DNA from: Raillietiella orientalis
Lineage: Eukaryota
DNA: 64,000 bases
Reading direction: 5' to 3'
Assembly: GCA_036172245.1 (NCBI GenBank)
Contig: JAYWIR010000067.1
Location: 124,001 to 188,000, forward strand
A model generated the notes under the pieces. That model was not told the DNA's origin. It was given only the letters and a program-made list of their open reading frames with translations, and ran no database searches. This document shows, in pieces, positions 26,921 through 40,299 of this stretch. How positions within the stretch are numbered: position 1 is the stretch's first letter; each line of letters begins with the position of its first letter. The translations under genes and the position numbers were made by a program.

Positions 26921-29152
26921 TATCTGGAACTATGGAATGGTAATAATTAAAGAGTGTGATGAAATGATATAGCAGCAACAAAGATTATTCAATGCTAGTG
27001 AATCAAAGTTATTTGGAAGGAACAAAAAAAAAAAAGTTTTCCATGTGTATTTGCTGGTATTCAGCTTATAAGTTCACATCATTGCTTGTATTTGAGAGAT
27101 AACTTGTGTTCAGAAAGACTGTTCACCTTTTTTAGAATTTTTGATTTGAAAATTGATTGCCCAAGCTGCTGGCAGGTAGTAACACTAAGCATTTTCATTT
27201 GACAGTCGTTTCAATCAAAATCAAAGTATGTAACAGCCAATTGAAGACCAGGATGAGATTTGCAAGCATGATCTTAATTTTTATTGCTTTTATTACAATG
27301 TGAGCGAGAATTTTGGATTCGGGATCACGTTTTCCCATCCCATTCAGCTGGTGTGTATCAGTCAGGGAGAGTCAGTAGCAGAGTGTTGCAAAACGGAACC
27401 TCAAAGCCTCGATTTCTGGAGTTTTTTTTTTTTTTTCCCCAAGCGTTCTTGCATTTGTTTGCATTCCCAGTGCCGGGAGCCAGGCAAACCTTTTGGAAGT
27501 AATTTGCGTTGTCACGGATTGAATTCACGGTGCTTGAAATCGGCACGGCATGGCATATTGGTTTTTGATTCTCTGGGTCAAATTCTAGTGCACGGCTCAT
27601 AAAGGCCTCCTGGCCTGTGTGGATGTTTGAGTGTGCCGTGAGTGAGGCCTGTCCGAAGTTCACCTCTCCCGTGCCCACCCTGTTTGAAACACACACACAC
27701 ACACCCTATCTGTCTGGTGCGTGTCCCGGCCCAGCACCAACTATCCGGCCGGTAAGCTTTTGGTGAGCAGTCTCCAGGAGATCCCTCAGGTCGACCGCAA
27801 GCCTTGTGGAACCTCCTGTTGGAAGGCAAACCGTTGGAAGTGGCTCCGCATCTCTCCCTGCCTCCCTCCCCCCCCCTCCTTGGTATTTTAATCCGGCAAA
27901 TTGGCAGTGGGATCCGTTTCCGCGGGATGCTGCCCTCCGCATCCGTGTGGAAGACGGTGCAGGCAGATCTGCGACTCGTTGCCGGATTCGAGTTCACGTC
28001 GCAGAAAGGCATCTTTGGGTCACGGGAAAAGCCGAGATTTCCCTCCTTCCGCTCCTCTTTGCCATGCTCCGGGTCGTTGCTGCTGCATCCAGCTGTGTAT
28101 CTCCCTTGAGCACGCGGTACCGAAATAGATGGCTTCTTCTTGGAGAGTTTTCACCACTTCAAACGCAAGTGCGGCATTGCAGCGAGAGGGAGCACAGTAA
28201 CTCGATAGCAGCCGGTTGTGTGTTCCCTCTGCAGTTTTATTTTGATGGTCCCCGTGATGCTCCGTAGATGACTCGCAGGCGGTAGTTGCAGGGAGGATCA
28301 GATAGGTAAAAGCAGCGTTTCGTGTGCGTTTTCGATTTCCATGTTGCAAGTCAAGTGGGCTCCTGCGCCACCGAACGGCACCCTCCCCCAGCGTGTGCAT
28401 CCCGTTATTGCCGTGTTAACCCTTGGAGGCAGACGCAGGAGTTGCTTCCCTCCGTGAAACTGTGCGTTTTATGTTTCCCAGGTACAGTGCCCCGTGTTGT
28501 TCCTATCGAACGGGAGCATTTGAGCTCCGGCCCAATCAGTGGGATGGCATTTAAAAAGGATCCACTTATCGAATGGGGGGCGATTGCGCTGCAGGCTTTT
28601 TCCGTTCCCGGCGTCGAGTGGTGAGGTTCCTGAAATCGTAGGTGAAATCGTAGGCGTGCGCCTCCCGGTTTCAGGCCGCGGTCATTCGGTTGTGGTCCCT
28701 CCCTCCGCAGTGATCGGTCGGAAGAAGTTCGATCCGTGCCTTTTACGTGTAGCGGAATTTTTCTGCGGTTCGCCTCTTCCGGTCATCTTCTGATCCGGCA
28801 GCAGTTTATCCTTCGTCTTGGTGACGGTGGCGTTGGTTTTTCGCGTTGCCGTGCTGTGGAGGAGGGGGAAGCACGCGGAACCCGTGGAAACGTATGATCC
28901 AGAAAGAGTGGTTTCGAGCATCCCTCCCCCCTTTTTCGCCCACGTGTGTTGCAATTCTGTGCGACAAGAGATGTGAGAGGAGCGGTCGCTCCGAACGCTG
29001 ATGTGCTCTCTGCCGCGGTCTCGGTAGTTTATGAGAATCAATCGCCACTGGACGGGCGAAAGGAGAAAGTGAGCAAAAACCCGATGGCCGTATTCGTGAT
29101 CTTTCGTCGTTAAACGTATAGAAGAATTTAAATTACGGTGCGTGCGCACTCA

Positions 29153-29191
29153 TTCCGACAAGGTTATTAAAAACAAATAACCTTGTCGGAA
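29153..29191. repeat. Perfect 16-bp inverted repeat with 7-nt loop
   Basis: ttccgacaaggttatt-aaaaaca-aataaccttgtcggaa. Confidence 0.9.
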
Positions 29192-31702
29192 AGAAATCAG
29201 ATGTCGGTAATAACGAACGGAAATTCGACGTAACTCTCCTTATTAACCGTAATTGCAACGTGGAACAAAAAGCATTTGGAAATCAAATTGCTTGCGTTCA
29301 TTAGTTTGCAGGTTTTTCCTGCAGCATCATGACTTTCACCGTGTTGTTTCGCGGATGCTGGGAAGCGCGCTGGACCCCCCAGGACACTCTGCCTTGGAGC
29401 ACGCGGATGCGTGACGTGCGAAAAAGGTTCACCGTTTTCGTACGACGGCGAAAATCGTTCCACGGCGGAGCGCTGCATTCTTCGCAATCTCTTAAGCGTG
29501 TCACTCACGCAGCGTTCACCTTCCTGCATTCTACTTTGCCGTATCAGCTGTTCCACTTTGGCAGAATGGAATGTCCACAGTGCGGACCGGTTGCCTTCTC
29601 GATCTCCCCCCCCCCCCTCCCTCCCGAGAGCATCCACCAAGTTTCTTGACCGGCAATCTGGGTCGGTTCGGTCAGGTGTTGCATTCTCCATTTGCGCCGT
29701 AGGAAACGCCCGGAAAATCGAAGGGTTGCGGAGGGTTTCGCGCATCCTCGCCCCCGTTCGTCCCTTTTGTTTTCTTTTCCCGAGGAGGCGGATAACCTCT
29801 GCCCCTCTCGCAGTGTTTGGAACATTTTGCAAGTTTATCGATTCCTGCAGCTGAGCAAGCAGCGGTCGCTCCGCGCCCCTCTCGCCGGAACCCTGCGCCC
29901 GGCGGCGCGGACCGGACGTGTTCCCTTGGCACCGGGACGTTCTCTCACCGCCCATCCGTGGTCGCTGCTGTCGCGTTTCCTCGGTGACCTCACCACCGGC
30001 TTGTCTCCGCACGCCCCCGCCCACGCGGTCGCCGCCTGTCGCACGCTCCCGTCCTCCGTGTTTCCTCGGCCGTAAGCTTTGCAGGCCGTCGTCGTTCCGG
30101 CGTTCTTTTGCGGCTCGTCGGTGGAACGAATGCTCCTCCCCGCGGGGCGAGTCGGAAAGAGCTTTTGTCTCGAGTCAGCCGCTTCTGATCCCTCGGCAGC
30201 GGACCAGCCGGACACGCAGGACACCGGAAGACTCGACCCGGTCGCGGCGTTCTGGTCGCCTGCGATTTGTGCGTGTCTTCGCCGAAGATGGAGGAATAGC
30301 GCTTCCTCCCCTCATCCGGTCGAGCCTTCTTGTTAACCGTGCACCCCGTATTCGTTCCCTGGGGGCGATCCCGGTTTCGTTCGGGAGCAGAAGGCGCAGG
30401 TTTCAGCAGATTTCATCGGACGTAAAGTTCCTCGGACTTTCGGTACACCCCGTTTGCGTATTCAGGATCTCCTCCCGATCGTGCGCTCGGGAAACATCGG
30501 GAGGAGGGAGTAGCTGAGCCCCACCCCCACCCCCAAGAGTTCTCTCGTTTTGCGGGCCGGGGGGGGGGGGCGGGCGCGGGGCTGTTTATCGCGCGCCATC
30601 CAGCAGTCAAGTTTGCGCGTCTTCCTCGATCTGTGCCTCTTGTAGATTCGTTGCCGGAAGTCCCGCTTTACTGTAATTGTTTAAATTTCCTTAGGGAGAA
30701 ATTCGTATCCCCCCTAACGAGCGCTTTCTTCCCTTCGATAACCGATCCGTACTTTCTGTGCGTCGCTGGTCGTGAAGGTTGTGCCGCCGTTCGATCCAGG
30801 AGGGGAGCTTCCGTTTCCGTCAAGGGTATCTGCGCTCGGCATAAGAGGTGCTGATTTCGTTTTAAATAAAGCACGAGTGAGAGCAAGAGTGCGCTGCCGT
30901 GCCTCCGCTTCCGATGTTTTCCCGACAGCGATCCTTGTCACCTTTCCAGAGCCCCTTGCCAAAGATTTTGGGGGCCTGCGCGGCACAGGAGTGGCTCAGA
31001 GGTTCTTTTGTTCGCCGTTCGTTTCTCGGGAACTTTCCGCGGTGCTGCGAAGCGGCGCGGGGAGGAGGAGCGCATGCGTGCACCCTGGACGCTGTACTCT
31101 TCAGCGCCGCTGTTGCCCGGCCGGCCACGCCTATGGTCAAGCCGGGGTGGCGAAGCCCATTCGGTTTCTCAAGGCAATCCGCGTGCGTGTGTGGGAAGGG
31201 GCGAGGACGGCTTATTGACGCTGGCGCTGCACTACTGACCGCGATCTCATCGCCAGCCTTCAGGAATGCGAGTGATGCTCGTCTCCGCCCACGGGGTCCT
31301 TCGAAGGTGCAGTTTTCCTCCTCTTCCCTCCGTTCCGACCCGGTGTTCCAAGAGGGGCGATGCCACGTGTCCCTACGTATGGAACTCCCCGTCTGCCGAA
31401 TGGTGCGTCGGTGCGGTTCGGGGAGCCACACGGGAGCGTACGCAGGGTGGTGATGGTGTCCCCGACCCGCACTCCCTCCCATTTTGCTGGCGACCACTGG
31501 CTGAACCTCCCGCGGGCACGATTCGGCGGATAAACCGTCGCGCAACGCTACGATTGCAGTCGCTCTCTCCTCCCTCCCTCCCTCCCTCCCGGCGCGGAGT
31601 TCTTGGAGCTCGCGGGATGCTTTGTGTCGGCACAGATCGCGCTGTTGCAACGCGTTCCATGGTCAACAGCACTCTGACCTCGGATCGGTGCTCGTCCCAG
31701 TT

Positions 31703-32420
31703 TGGGTGAGTGGGTGAGTAGAGGTGTCCCTGTTCTCAGACCGCGCTTGGCGCCGAGTGTTCCGGGTTCGAATCCCGCCCGGGGAAGACCGACGCCGAGA
31801 ACGGGGGGAGAGGGTGCATCGTGGGTTCCGAGTTATTCCGCAAGATGACGCTGGTTGGCCTCCGTTGGCTTCAGGTGCGGCACTGGTGGAAACCGCATTC
31901 TTCCGTTAGCCGGCCGAGATTGGAAGTTGACCCTCCTAAGTCCCTTCCAGGAATCAAGAAGTCCTTCGGGATAACCTCCACCGGTTGTAAAAAGGGAGTC
32001 GTCCCTCCCCCTTCGGGGGGGCTCCTTTTCGGGGAGCGCCCTTCAGAGAAACTGGGGAACATCCCTTCGGGGTTCTCTTCAGGGGAGGAAACGAGGAGCG
32101 GTTCCCTTGCGGATTCCATCCGGAGTAGAAATTCCGGGAGCGGCTCCTTTCCGGGTTCCCTTCGGAGAAGAAATAATGGATCGGCCCCTTCCCGGATGGT
32201 TCCTCTGGAGAGAATGGGGAAGAGTTTTTCTTTCGGGGTTCCCCTCCAAGCGTGAGAGGAACGGACTCCTTCCCTCCGGAGTCTCCTCGGATTCATAGGG
32301 TGGTGTGGACAGCGCTGAAGAGCTTCATGAGCCCCCCCTCCCCCCCTCCAAGGGTGGCGGACTGTTCTTCAGCACTTGGCGAACGAAAAAGAAAGGAAAC
32401 CCGAAGAAAAAAGAAAAGCC
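31703..32420 (+). mobile_element. tRNA-derived SINE-like element, copy 1 (most complete)
   Basis: A-box-like TGGGTGAGTGG (31703-31713), B-box GGTTCGAATCC (31765-31775), a body shared with other copies (gacgccgagaacggggg; gatgacgctgg.tggcc; cggcactggtgg; ggactccttcc; ttcttcagcacttggcgaa) and an A-rich tail at about 32381-32420. Confidence 0.7.
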
Positions 32421-35400
32421 AGAAGGAAAGCAAGGGAAACAGAAGAACCGAAGAGTATTTCCAGTGGTCCGTTTTCTACCTCAGACAGAGCGTTCGGAAC
32501 CGCCTGCGGTGGTGTTGCTTAAACCCCTTTCGTGCCTTGTGCCTGCTCCCGGTGTTCTCTCAGCATGCGCTGCGCGTTCCTCTCTCGTGTTCGATCGGAT
32601 CGCCGTCAGCTCGTCAAGCCGTTTGTCATCGATAGCATTTCGTAGGGGGACGCCGGCCAGATGTCTCCCGATTCTACCTTCTGGTGGGTGTTCCCATCGA
32701 TTGCCGTTTCTATCGCAACACGGGTCTTCGAATCGCATTTTCCGTTTCCCGTGGTTCTCCCAAGGTTGCGTTTCGGCGCGGGCGGCAGTTGGTCGCTTTC
32801 CAGTCGGGAGCGCACAGCCCTCCTGTGAAAACCTCGAGGCATTTCTCATCTTCGGATGCAGCGGTACCATCGCGAGTTCATCCCTCCTCCTCTTCCTCCC
32901 CTGCACGGCGGCAAGGTTTCCTAGAGCGCCCTCCGTGACTCATCCCGTGATCGGACCGCGCTACCCTTTTGCCTAATCCCCTTTCCGGAACGTCGCGTGT
33001 TTCCGTGCTCCGAGATGATTCCGGGTACGAGCGTCCCCTCGTTTCGTCTCTCCCTCTCCTCCGCTCCCTCTCCGTCACGAGCGAGAAGCATCGGGCAGGG
33101 CCTCCCTGCCCTGCGGATGCGGCGTCCCCCGTCTTTCCCCCTTTTCGCGCTTTGCAGGGAGCGCCGCGCGTCCAACGGGTGCCTCATGACGGTGGCCGGA
33201 AATAGGCCACTCGCGCAAAAGTGGAGTACGCGTGCACGCGGCGGCGGTGTTGGTTAGTCGCTTCCGCGGATCGCCCGTTCGTTGCCGAGGGCTCGTGACG
33301 TCACAGGCGGAAAGTCAAGGGAGCGGGAGGTGTTATCGCTGTTGGGTTGCTAGCGTTCCCCTTCCCCGTTCTGTCGGTCGAGCTTGGCTTTTCTGCCGCT
33401 ACCCACGCGCCACCGCGCTTCCTGACCGCCTGACTTTTGGGCCCGGACGACCATGGCCTGCCCCCCTTCCCACCCCCTCCGCGGGGTTCATAGAGCTCCG
33501 TCCGGGCTGCGACAGCTAGGGGCACCTCCTTCTCGGATCCCTTTTGCTCCGTTCTCCTCTCTTTCTTTGTGCTTCCTCCTCAGGGAAGCACAAAGAGAAG
33601 AGAGAGACCTTTTGACTGCTCCCGACGATTTCCACTGTTCCTCCCAGCATTCACTGCTCTCTTCCGGTGCTTCTCCGTGTCGATCGCAGTTTCGGGATCG
33701 TCTTTGGGAGGAGTTCGCGAGATGTGGTACGGAGGCTTTTCCAGCGCGACCTACTTGCTGTGCCGTTACTGCATCGAGTGGGTATTTTGAGGTCGATGTC
33801 TCGGCGGGGTCTCCCTCACTCGTCGACCGGGTTCGCCTCGTTAGGGCTGTTCAGCTGCCCCCATTTCCACCACGGACGGGACCCCCAGGGTCGTAATTCG
33901 CCTTCTCGTCCTCCTCCCCGACCTCCGCATCGTCTCGCCAGTTTCGTCTTCCGTTTTTCAGTCGCCCCGTTCTGGGCGCGCGCGTGGTCCCATCGCCCCG
34001 TGCACAAGTCACCACCCCCCGAGCTGTTTTCGCCCTTCGAGGAGAGGCGGCGGTTGTGCGTGCCGAACCGCGCCTCCGGGCTCTCTTTCGTTGCGCTCGC
34101 GACCCTCCAGCCCCGAAGAGCACCCTTTCTCGCGCTACGAGACAGGACGTGCATGGACGTTGGCCGAAGGAGGCAAGGAGGAGACGCGTCAACCCCACGA
34201 GAGAGCCAGCCCACTCCCCTGTCCGTACCCCTCCGCAGCGCGGCGGCCGCCGCAGCGCGCGCGCGCCGTTCTTTCGGCGGAACAGTCGACGGGCCAGCTG
34301 TCCCTCTCTGGCGCAGAGCAAGCGAGCAACCCCCACCGAGCCCGTCATCATCGCCGTCGTGCTGCGCCCGTGCCTCGGGGGCATGGCGAGCGAGTGGTGC
34401 TGCCGCGGCCTCGAAGCTGACGTTGTCTGGGGTGACGGTTTCTCGCCGACCGTTCCCGGGTTGCGTAACGCCGACGACGGCGCTCCCGTCGAACGACCCG
34501 CCCTCCCGGAAATTTTCTCAGTCATCCCGAGGAGCGGTAAAGACCAGCTTGTATACGTGTGTGTGCGCGTCTGTACACGTATCTGTACTTTTTTGATGAT
34601 GCGGACGACGTGATCGGCTTCGGCACGCGCGCGCGCGCCAGGTCCTCACCCAGCGGCCCGGAGAGCGCATGCGCATTCCCCGAAGCCGTGGGGTTTCTCC
34701 AAGGGCTCAGGGATTACTTTCCCTTTTCTTTTTTCTTTAATCATTTAGTCTGTGCGAGGGACTCCATTCCCCTTCTGCCGGTCGATCTGTCAACCGGTCT
34801 TTCGATCAGCTCGCCGATTTCCTCCCGGACGTAGGTAAAAAAACCGTACATTCCTTGGCACGCTGCCCGCGCCTCCCGTGTTTCGCCTTTCGGAGTGCCA
34901 GCACGTGTCGGATCGGGTTGGCGACCGGCCTTCTGTCCCAATCTCGGGGATTCCCGCGTTCGGGAGCAGCGGCAGGAAGCACGCTCGTTCCCTGCGGAAA
35001 CGTCGAGGGAATCGTCTCTCCCGCGCGAAGTTCACTCCCCTTACGGACCGACTCTCTCCGGGCGGGTTCGGGATTTACATTCGAAGGGGAAGCGCTGCTG
35101 TGGCATCGCCGAGCTGGCCTCCTGCCCTGCCGGCCGCCGCCGGTGAGCTGCCCCTTCTCGCAGCTGGAAGTGGGCACAGCGTGCGTGTCGTGGCGTTCTC
35201 GCGGGGCTGTCGGAAGGGAGGGCAGGCAGACCCATCTGGTGTGGAATCGGCAAAGTTCAGAGGCACGCGGCCCCTTTCCATGCCTTCGCTGCGACCTCCA
35301 CAAACTCTTCGCGTCCAGGAACTCCCGCGAAAAGTTCCGGAATCCGGGTGAGGTTCTTCCCCCCGTCCCTCACCTCCAGGTTCCTTTCTTCGCCCCTCCC

Positions 35401-37138
35401 CCCCCGCACTCACCCCCACCCCCCTTTTTTTCCTGTTTGCTCTTTGCCCGGGTGCGAGCACGCCAGGAGGTGAGATTTCTGGACCGTTGATCGCGGGACT
35501 GGTCGTTGCCCGAGGCAGGCGAAGCGCTCGTCGCCCTCCGGCTCCTGCAGGAGCGCCGGGGAGTGCGGCCCAGACGACCCGTCTAAAACTTGACCGCAGG
35601 GTCCCTCCAGTCCGGCAAAAAAAAAAGAGTGGGAGACTGCCTGCCGTCCCTGCTTCCCGCTACGTCTTCCCGCGCACGTGTCAGCGCAGCCGGTCAGCCG
35701 TTATTGGCAGGTGGGGTCTGCCTCGAGTCAGCGGGGCTCATTACCGGCGGGCGACTCACCTCTGGCGCGCCGCCCTTTCGGACGTTTCAGTTTCCGCGGG
35801 TTTGTCGACCAGAGTTCTGCCGTCGAGGCTGCCGGCGTGGCTTCGTTGCTTCCTGTGCCGCCCGCCCTTGTCGCGTGGGTGTTTTGGTGCAGTGCCCTAA
35901 ATACAAAACGGCTAGAGCAAACACTGAGCCCCGGTGAAAGTGTTTGTGCGTTTCGAAAATTCGAGTTCAGCCCCCTCGCACTTGCCCCCGGTGCGCCGAG
36001 GAACCTCCGTGACGCGTGTGGCTCACGGAAGGACCGGTGGCCCGGCAGCGGCGTCTGCTGCTTGCGGTGGGGTTCGTGAGGGAAGGGGGGGGGGGAACAG
36101 GGGAATTGAGGGATGTGTTTGTGTGTGTGTGGCAGGCCGGGTGGGGTGAAGTTGACCTTCGTGGGGTGCGTGCGTGCGTGCGTGCGTGCTTGTGCCCGTC
36201 TCTTCTCCTGAAAGTACATCCCATTGAAAATTCTAGTACCGGGCACCCGTGTTCGGCGAGCAGGAGTTCGCGTTACAGCCTGCAGCAGCCTTCGTTCCTG
36301 ATTTTTCGACGGGAGCGGCATATAGGACTCCCGGTCAACTTCCGGTAATGTTTTCCCCGTTTGCTTGCTTCCTTGCTTGCTGTCGCCTGCTCCGCACCAT
36401 CGGGCGGCGCGCCATCAGCGGGGTCCGGCAACGGTGCAGCAGCTGACTGCTGGACCCCCCAGCGCCGGGGAGGGGAGGGGGAGCTACGCGCTCCGAGTTC
36501 CCGTGCACGTGGCGACCGGGACGAGGACAGGCGGCATCCTGCACGTGCACGACACGAGGTGGTTGCGTGCTGGGTGGTTCGCGTTGTCCCGGGGAGGCGT
36601 GCCTTGGCGCCACGGGACGCAGAGCAGCCGTGCGGTGGACGTGCCTCCTCCGGCACGCGTTTCCGGCAGCAACGGCTGCACTGCATCTCCTCGGCAGCGG
36701 CGCCTCCAGAGGAGGAAGAAAGGGGGGGGAGAGGGGGAGAGGGGATGGACGACGGGGACGGGTTTGTCAGGAAAACGCGCTGGGATTTTTTGCTCAGGTG
36801 CGCGCGCGCAAAGCAATTCTGGACGGGAAAGAAGAAGAAAAAAGAAATCCGACCGACTTCCCCACGGTATCGCGTTTTTCCAGATTTGCATTTGCCATGG
36901 CGTTCATTTACTCGTTCCCCCTTCCTCCCTTTCCCTTTTGTTTTAGGGGTGTTTGAAAGGAGGAGGGAAGGGGGCTGCGGCGGAATGTGTCGCGCGCACG
37001 CGCGCCCGCAGGATTCTCGCGGCGGGGGAGGGGAGGAGGCTCGCTTGCCGGTTTGTTTGCTTGCTGCTCGGTTGCGAGCTCCGTTTCCACGTGTGGCAAA
37101 AAATCGTCTCATTTATGTTCTGTTTCTCCCTCTTGGAG

Positions 37139-40100
37139 ATGGAGGCCCCCAAACTGCCAGTCCATCCAGAATCAGATGCCTATCTCGAGCACTTCCCACC
37201 GGACTCTCTAATTGATGGTCATGTGCCACAGTAAGTTGTTTAATCTGTTTTCCGATCATCGCGCTCAAGCAGAGCGCACGTAGCATATGGCGCGCGCGCG
37301 TGCGAGCGAGCGACTCGCGTGAGGGAGCCATCTCCCTGCATCTCCCTGCGGAGAGCCCTTCCTTCCCGATCGATACCCAAATTGGAAAATTTGGGCGCGT
37401 GTGTTTTGGCGATGCTTTGCCTCTCGCTCCCCCCCCCCTTCCTCCTCCTCCCCCCTCCCCCTCCCTCTGCTGCCCCACTTTCGGGACCGATCGTCGCGTC
37501 CTGGACGGGCTCTGGCTGTGCGCGTGCGACGCTGAGAGGAAGCAGAGGCAAAGATGTCTTCCGCTGGATGCGATTCCGCTTTCCGGTTTTCGTCTTTATT
37601 CGCGTGGGAAAGCTCTCCTCCGGTGGTGGGGGGGGGGTGCGCCGTCTCGAGCTTGCCCTCACTCGGACCCCCCATTCCTCCTCGCGTCCTGGGATGGGTC
37701 TCGTTTTCCCGCAGCCGGGCGCCGGGCCCCGAGGAAGGGAAGCGCGGTTAGGCCGCCCACCAAAAAGCCGCGACGGGCGGCGCCCCCTCGTCCCGGGTTT
37801 TTGCGGCGGCCGGGGGAGGGGGAGATGAGGAAGAAGAAGAGAAAGGATGAGACGATGATCGGACCTCGGGTCGCGTCAGCTGAGCCCCCCTTCCCTTTGT
37901 GTTTAGGGATTTCTATGAGGCAGCCCCCGTGATGCCGCAGGATCCCAGCGCGTACTTCGCTCCTCGTTACCAGCCTCAGTTCCCGGAAAAGCCCGAGACT
38001 TCTCCCGGCGGATCTCCGCCTTGCAGGCAGGAGGTGGTACCCCCAGCAGACAGCGAGGAGAGCATAGACGATCAGGTGAGGCGGATGAATTCGCAGCTGC
38101 GCGCGCGCTGCCAGCCTCCTGGTCCTCCTGGAGCGCGCGGTGCGCCCCGTTTCACTTCATCCATGCACTCGCCACTCGTACCGCCTATTTTCTTCTCATC
38201 ATCGTTTCTGTTTTTTTTTTTTTTTTTTTTTCCTTCCTTTTCTTTTCTTTTCTTTTGCTCATCTTCTCTCCCGTGTGTTTCAGTGCGCCAGCAGGAAAAA
38301 CGCGAGCAGAAAAAGGAAAGTGAGCCGAAGAAAGAAGAAAGGCGACCCGAACGAGCCCCAGAGGTAAGAAGGAAAAAAGAAAATACAAAAAGGCACCTGC
38401 GTGTGTCAGTCAGCTGTTCGCCTCACGCAAATTGCACCCTCGCTGGCCGTACGTAAACAACTGTCAGGTGGCGGGCGGGCGAGCCGGCCGTATCGGCGCC
38501 GCCTTGCGCCAATTAAATTTCGTGCTCTTTGCGTAACTCCTCTCGGAAACCCACGTGCTGTGCACTCCTTCGTCTCTTTTGCAGGGGGGATGCTGCTGCC
38601 CTGCGCCCTTTTCGTGCCGTCTCAGTGTTCGCGCGAGGGTGCGCGCGCGCGCGTTGCTTTTTGACCAGCGCGGCCCCGTTGGTGCTCGTGTTCCCGCCCG
38701 CCCGGGCGCGCTCACGTCTGTGTGTTTCTTCCAGGCCGGTGTCCGCCTATGCTTTGTTCTTCCGGGACACCCAGGCGGCCGTCAAAGCCCAGAACTCCAA
38801 CGCCACGTTCGGGGAAGTGTCCAGGATCGTGGCATCCCTGTGGGACAACCTCCACCCGGAAGAGAAATGCGTAAGCGTCCTTTGCCTCCCGCGCTGTTCT
38901 GTGCACTGATCACGGGCGCGCGCGCGTAGCGGTCGTCCAGCGGCGACTGCCCACCTCGGCTTCGGGCTCTTGGCTGCAGGGCGACCTCCCCGCAGCGGCG
39001 TGCGTTCGTTGCCGCTCTTCCTCTCTTCCCGGTTTTCCTTTCTCTCTTCGCCCCGGGGTCGGGGGCGACTCGGGAAGCAAGGCTTCCTGGGCCGGCTGAC
39101 CCGCGCTTTCGCGGGTCCCTCCGGAAGCCCCTTATTGTTCGCGGTCCCGCAGGCCTCGGTACGCACGTCTTGACTCACCCCCATCCCCCCATCCCCTTTC
39201 TCTGGTGTTTATCGGCCACGCGGGAGCGCGTCCTTCCCGCCGGAAGGACAGGAAGAGAGGGAGATGCGGCTCGTCGTTTGCCTCGCGTGGAACGGGTTGA
39301 CGAGGGAGCGTTGCTGGCGGAGGAGGGAAGGGGCAGGCAGATGGCTGCTGCGCTGGGGTGAGTGCCCTCTTCCTCTTTGCAGCGCTACAAGAAGAAGACC
39401 GAAGCAGCCAGGAAGGAATACCTGAAGGCCCTGGCGGCGTATCGCGCCAACCTGCTGTGCAAGGTACGCCGTTGGTCGCCGTCCGGGAGAACCAGTCGCG
39501 GGACTCCCGGGTACCCGGATCTGGTGCTACTGGAAGGAGGCAGGGGGGGTGCCAGGCTGAGTCGAAACCCACGGGATCTCTCTCCCCGACCAGGCATCCA
39601 GCCAGGGCGTGGACGAGACAGCTGCCGAAGACAGAGAGGTCATCGTGATTGACGCCGATTGCTCGGACACTGCAGGGTCCTTCGAGTCTCTCCGAAGCGG
39701 CTTCCCTCCCGTCGTCGCCCACGTGAGTGCCCTTCGGATGTTCTTCCCTCCTCTTCCTGCTCTTCCTCCGTGCATCACTCACCCTCGCTCGTGGACCTCC
39801 CTGAAGATGCGCTTCTTCTTTCCTCGCAGGGCAACGGCAACCAGAAAATGACTGTCCCTGACCCTGTTGCGGAGCTGGCTGACGGAGGCGGCGGTGGAGG
39901 CCAGGTGGTGCACGCCCCTCAGGACTCCGAATCGGGCTACTCGTCTGAGGCGTTCCTCCCCTACTCCGCCCAGTACTACAAGGGCGCAGTCGTCGACGTA
40001 CCTCGGGAGATGAACTGCATGCTGACGCCTGCTCCCCCGCCCGTCACCGGGCAGTGCGTCCGCGCCGGCTGCCCCAACCTGGCGCAGCCCAATCCGGACT

Positions 40101-40299
40101 GGGAAGACGAGTACTGCTGCAGCGAGTGCGTCGTGTCGCATTGTAGGTGAGGCTTGGCTTTCGGCCCTCCCTCGCGCCCACGGAGCTCCCCTTGCCCTCC
40201 TGCCCAACGGCGCCTTTGTCTTCCAGGGACGTTTTCAATGCCTGGATAGCCGCCAATCAGAACATGTTCTCCAGCTTCTCCAGCGCGTCTGTGGCCTGA
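37139..40299 (+). CDS. TOX4: TOX high-mobility-group box family protein (TOX4-like)
   Basis: Exons 37139-37230, 37907-38075, 38284-38363 ([11 protein letters not shown]), 38735-38870 ([39 protein letters not shown]), 39383-39463 ([23 protein letters not shown]), 39594-39722, 39830-40146 ([25 protein letters not shown]), 40227-40299 ([13 protein letters not shown]). Phases are consistent. The TOX-type HMG box and the C-terminal Cys-rich motif typical of TOX4 are present. The ATG at 37139 follows an acceptor-like tract, so upstream exons probably exist. Confidence 0.92.

Noticed and set aside
31703..31785. tRNA gene (GGTTCGAATCC T-loop motif; also at 48505)
   Set aside because: I could not form a cloverleaf; the motif continues into a shared repeat body, so it is a SINE head.
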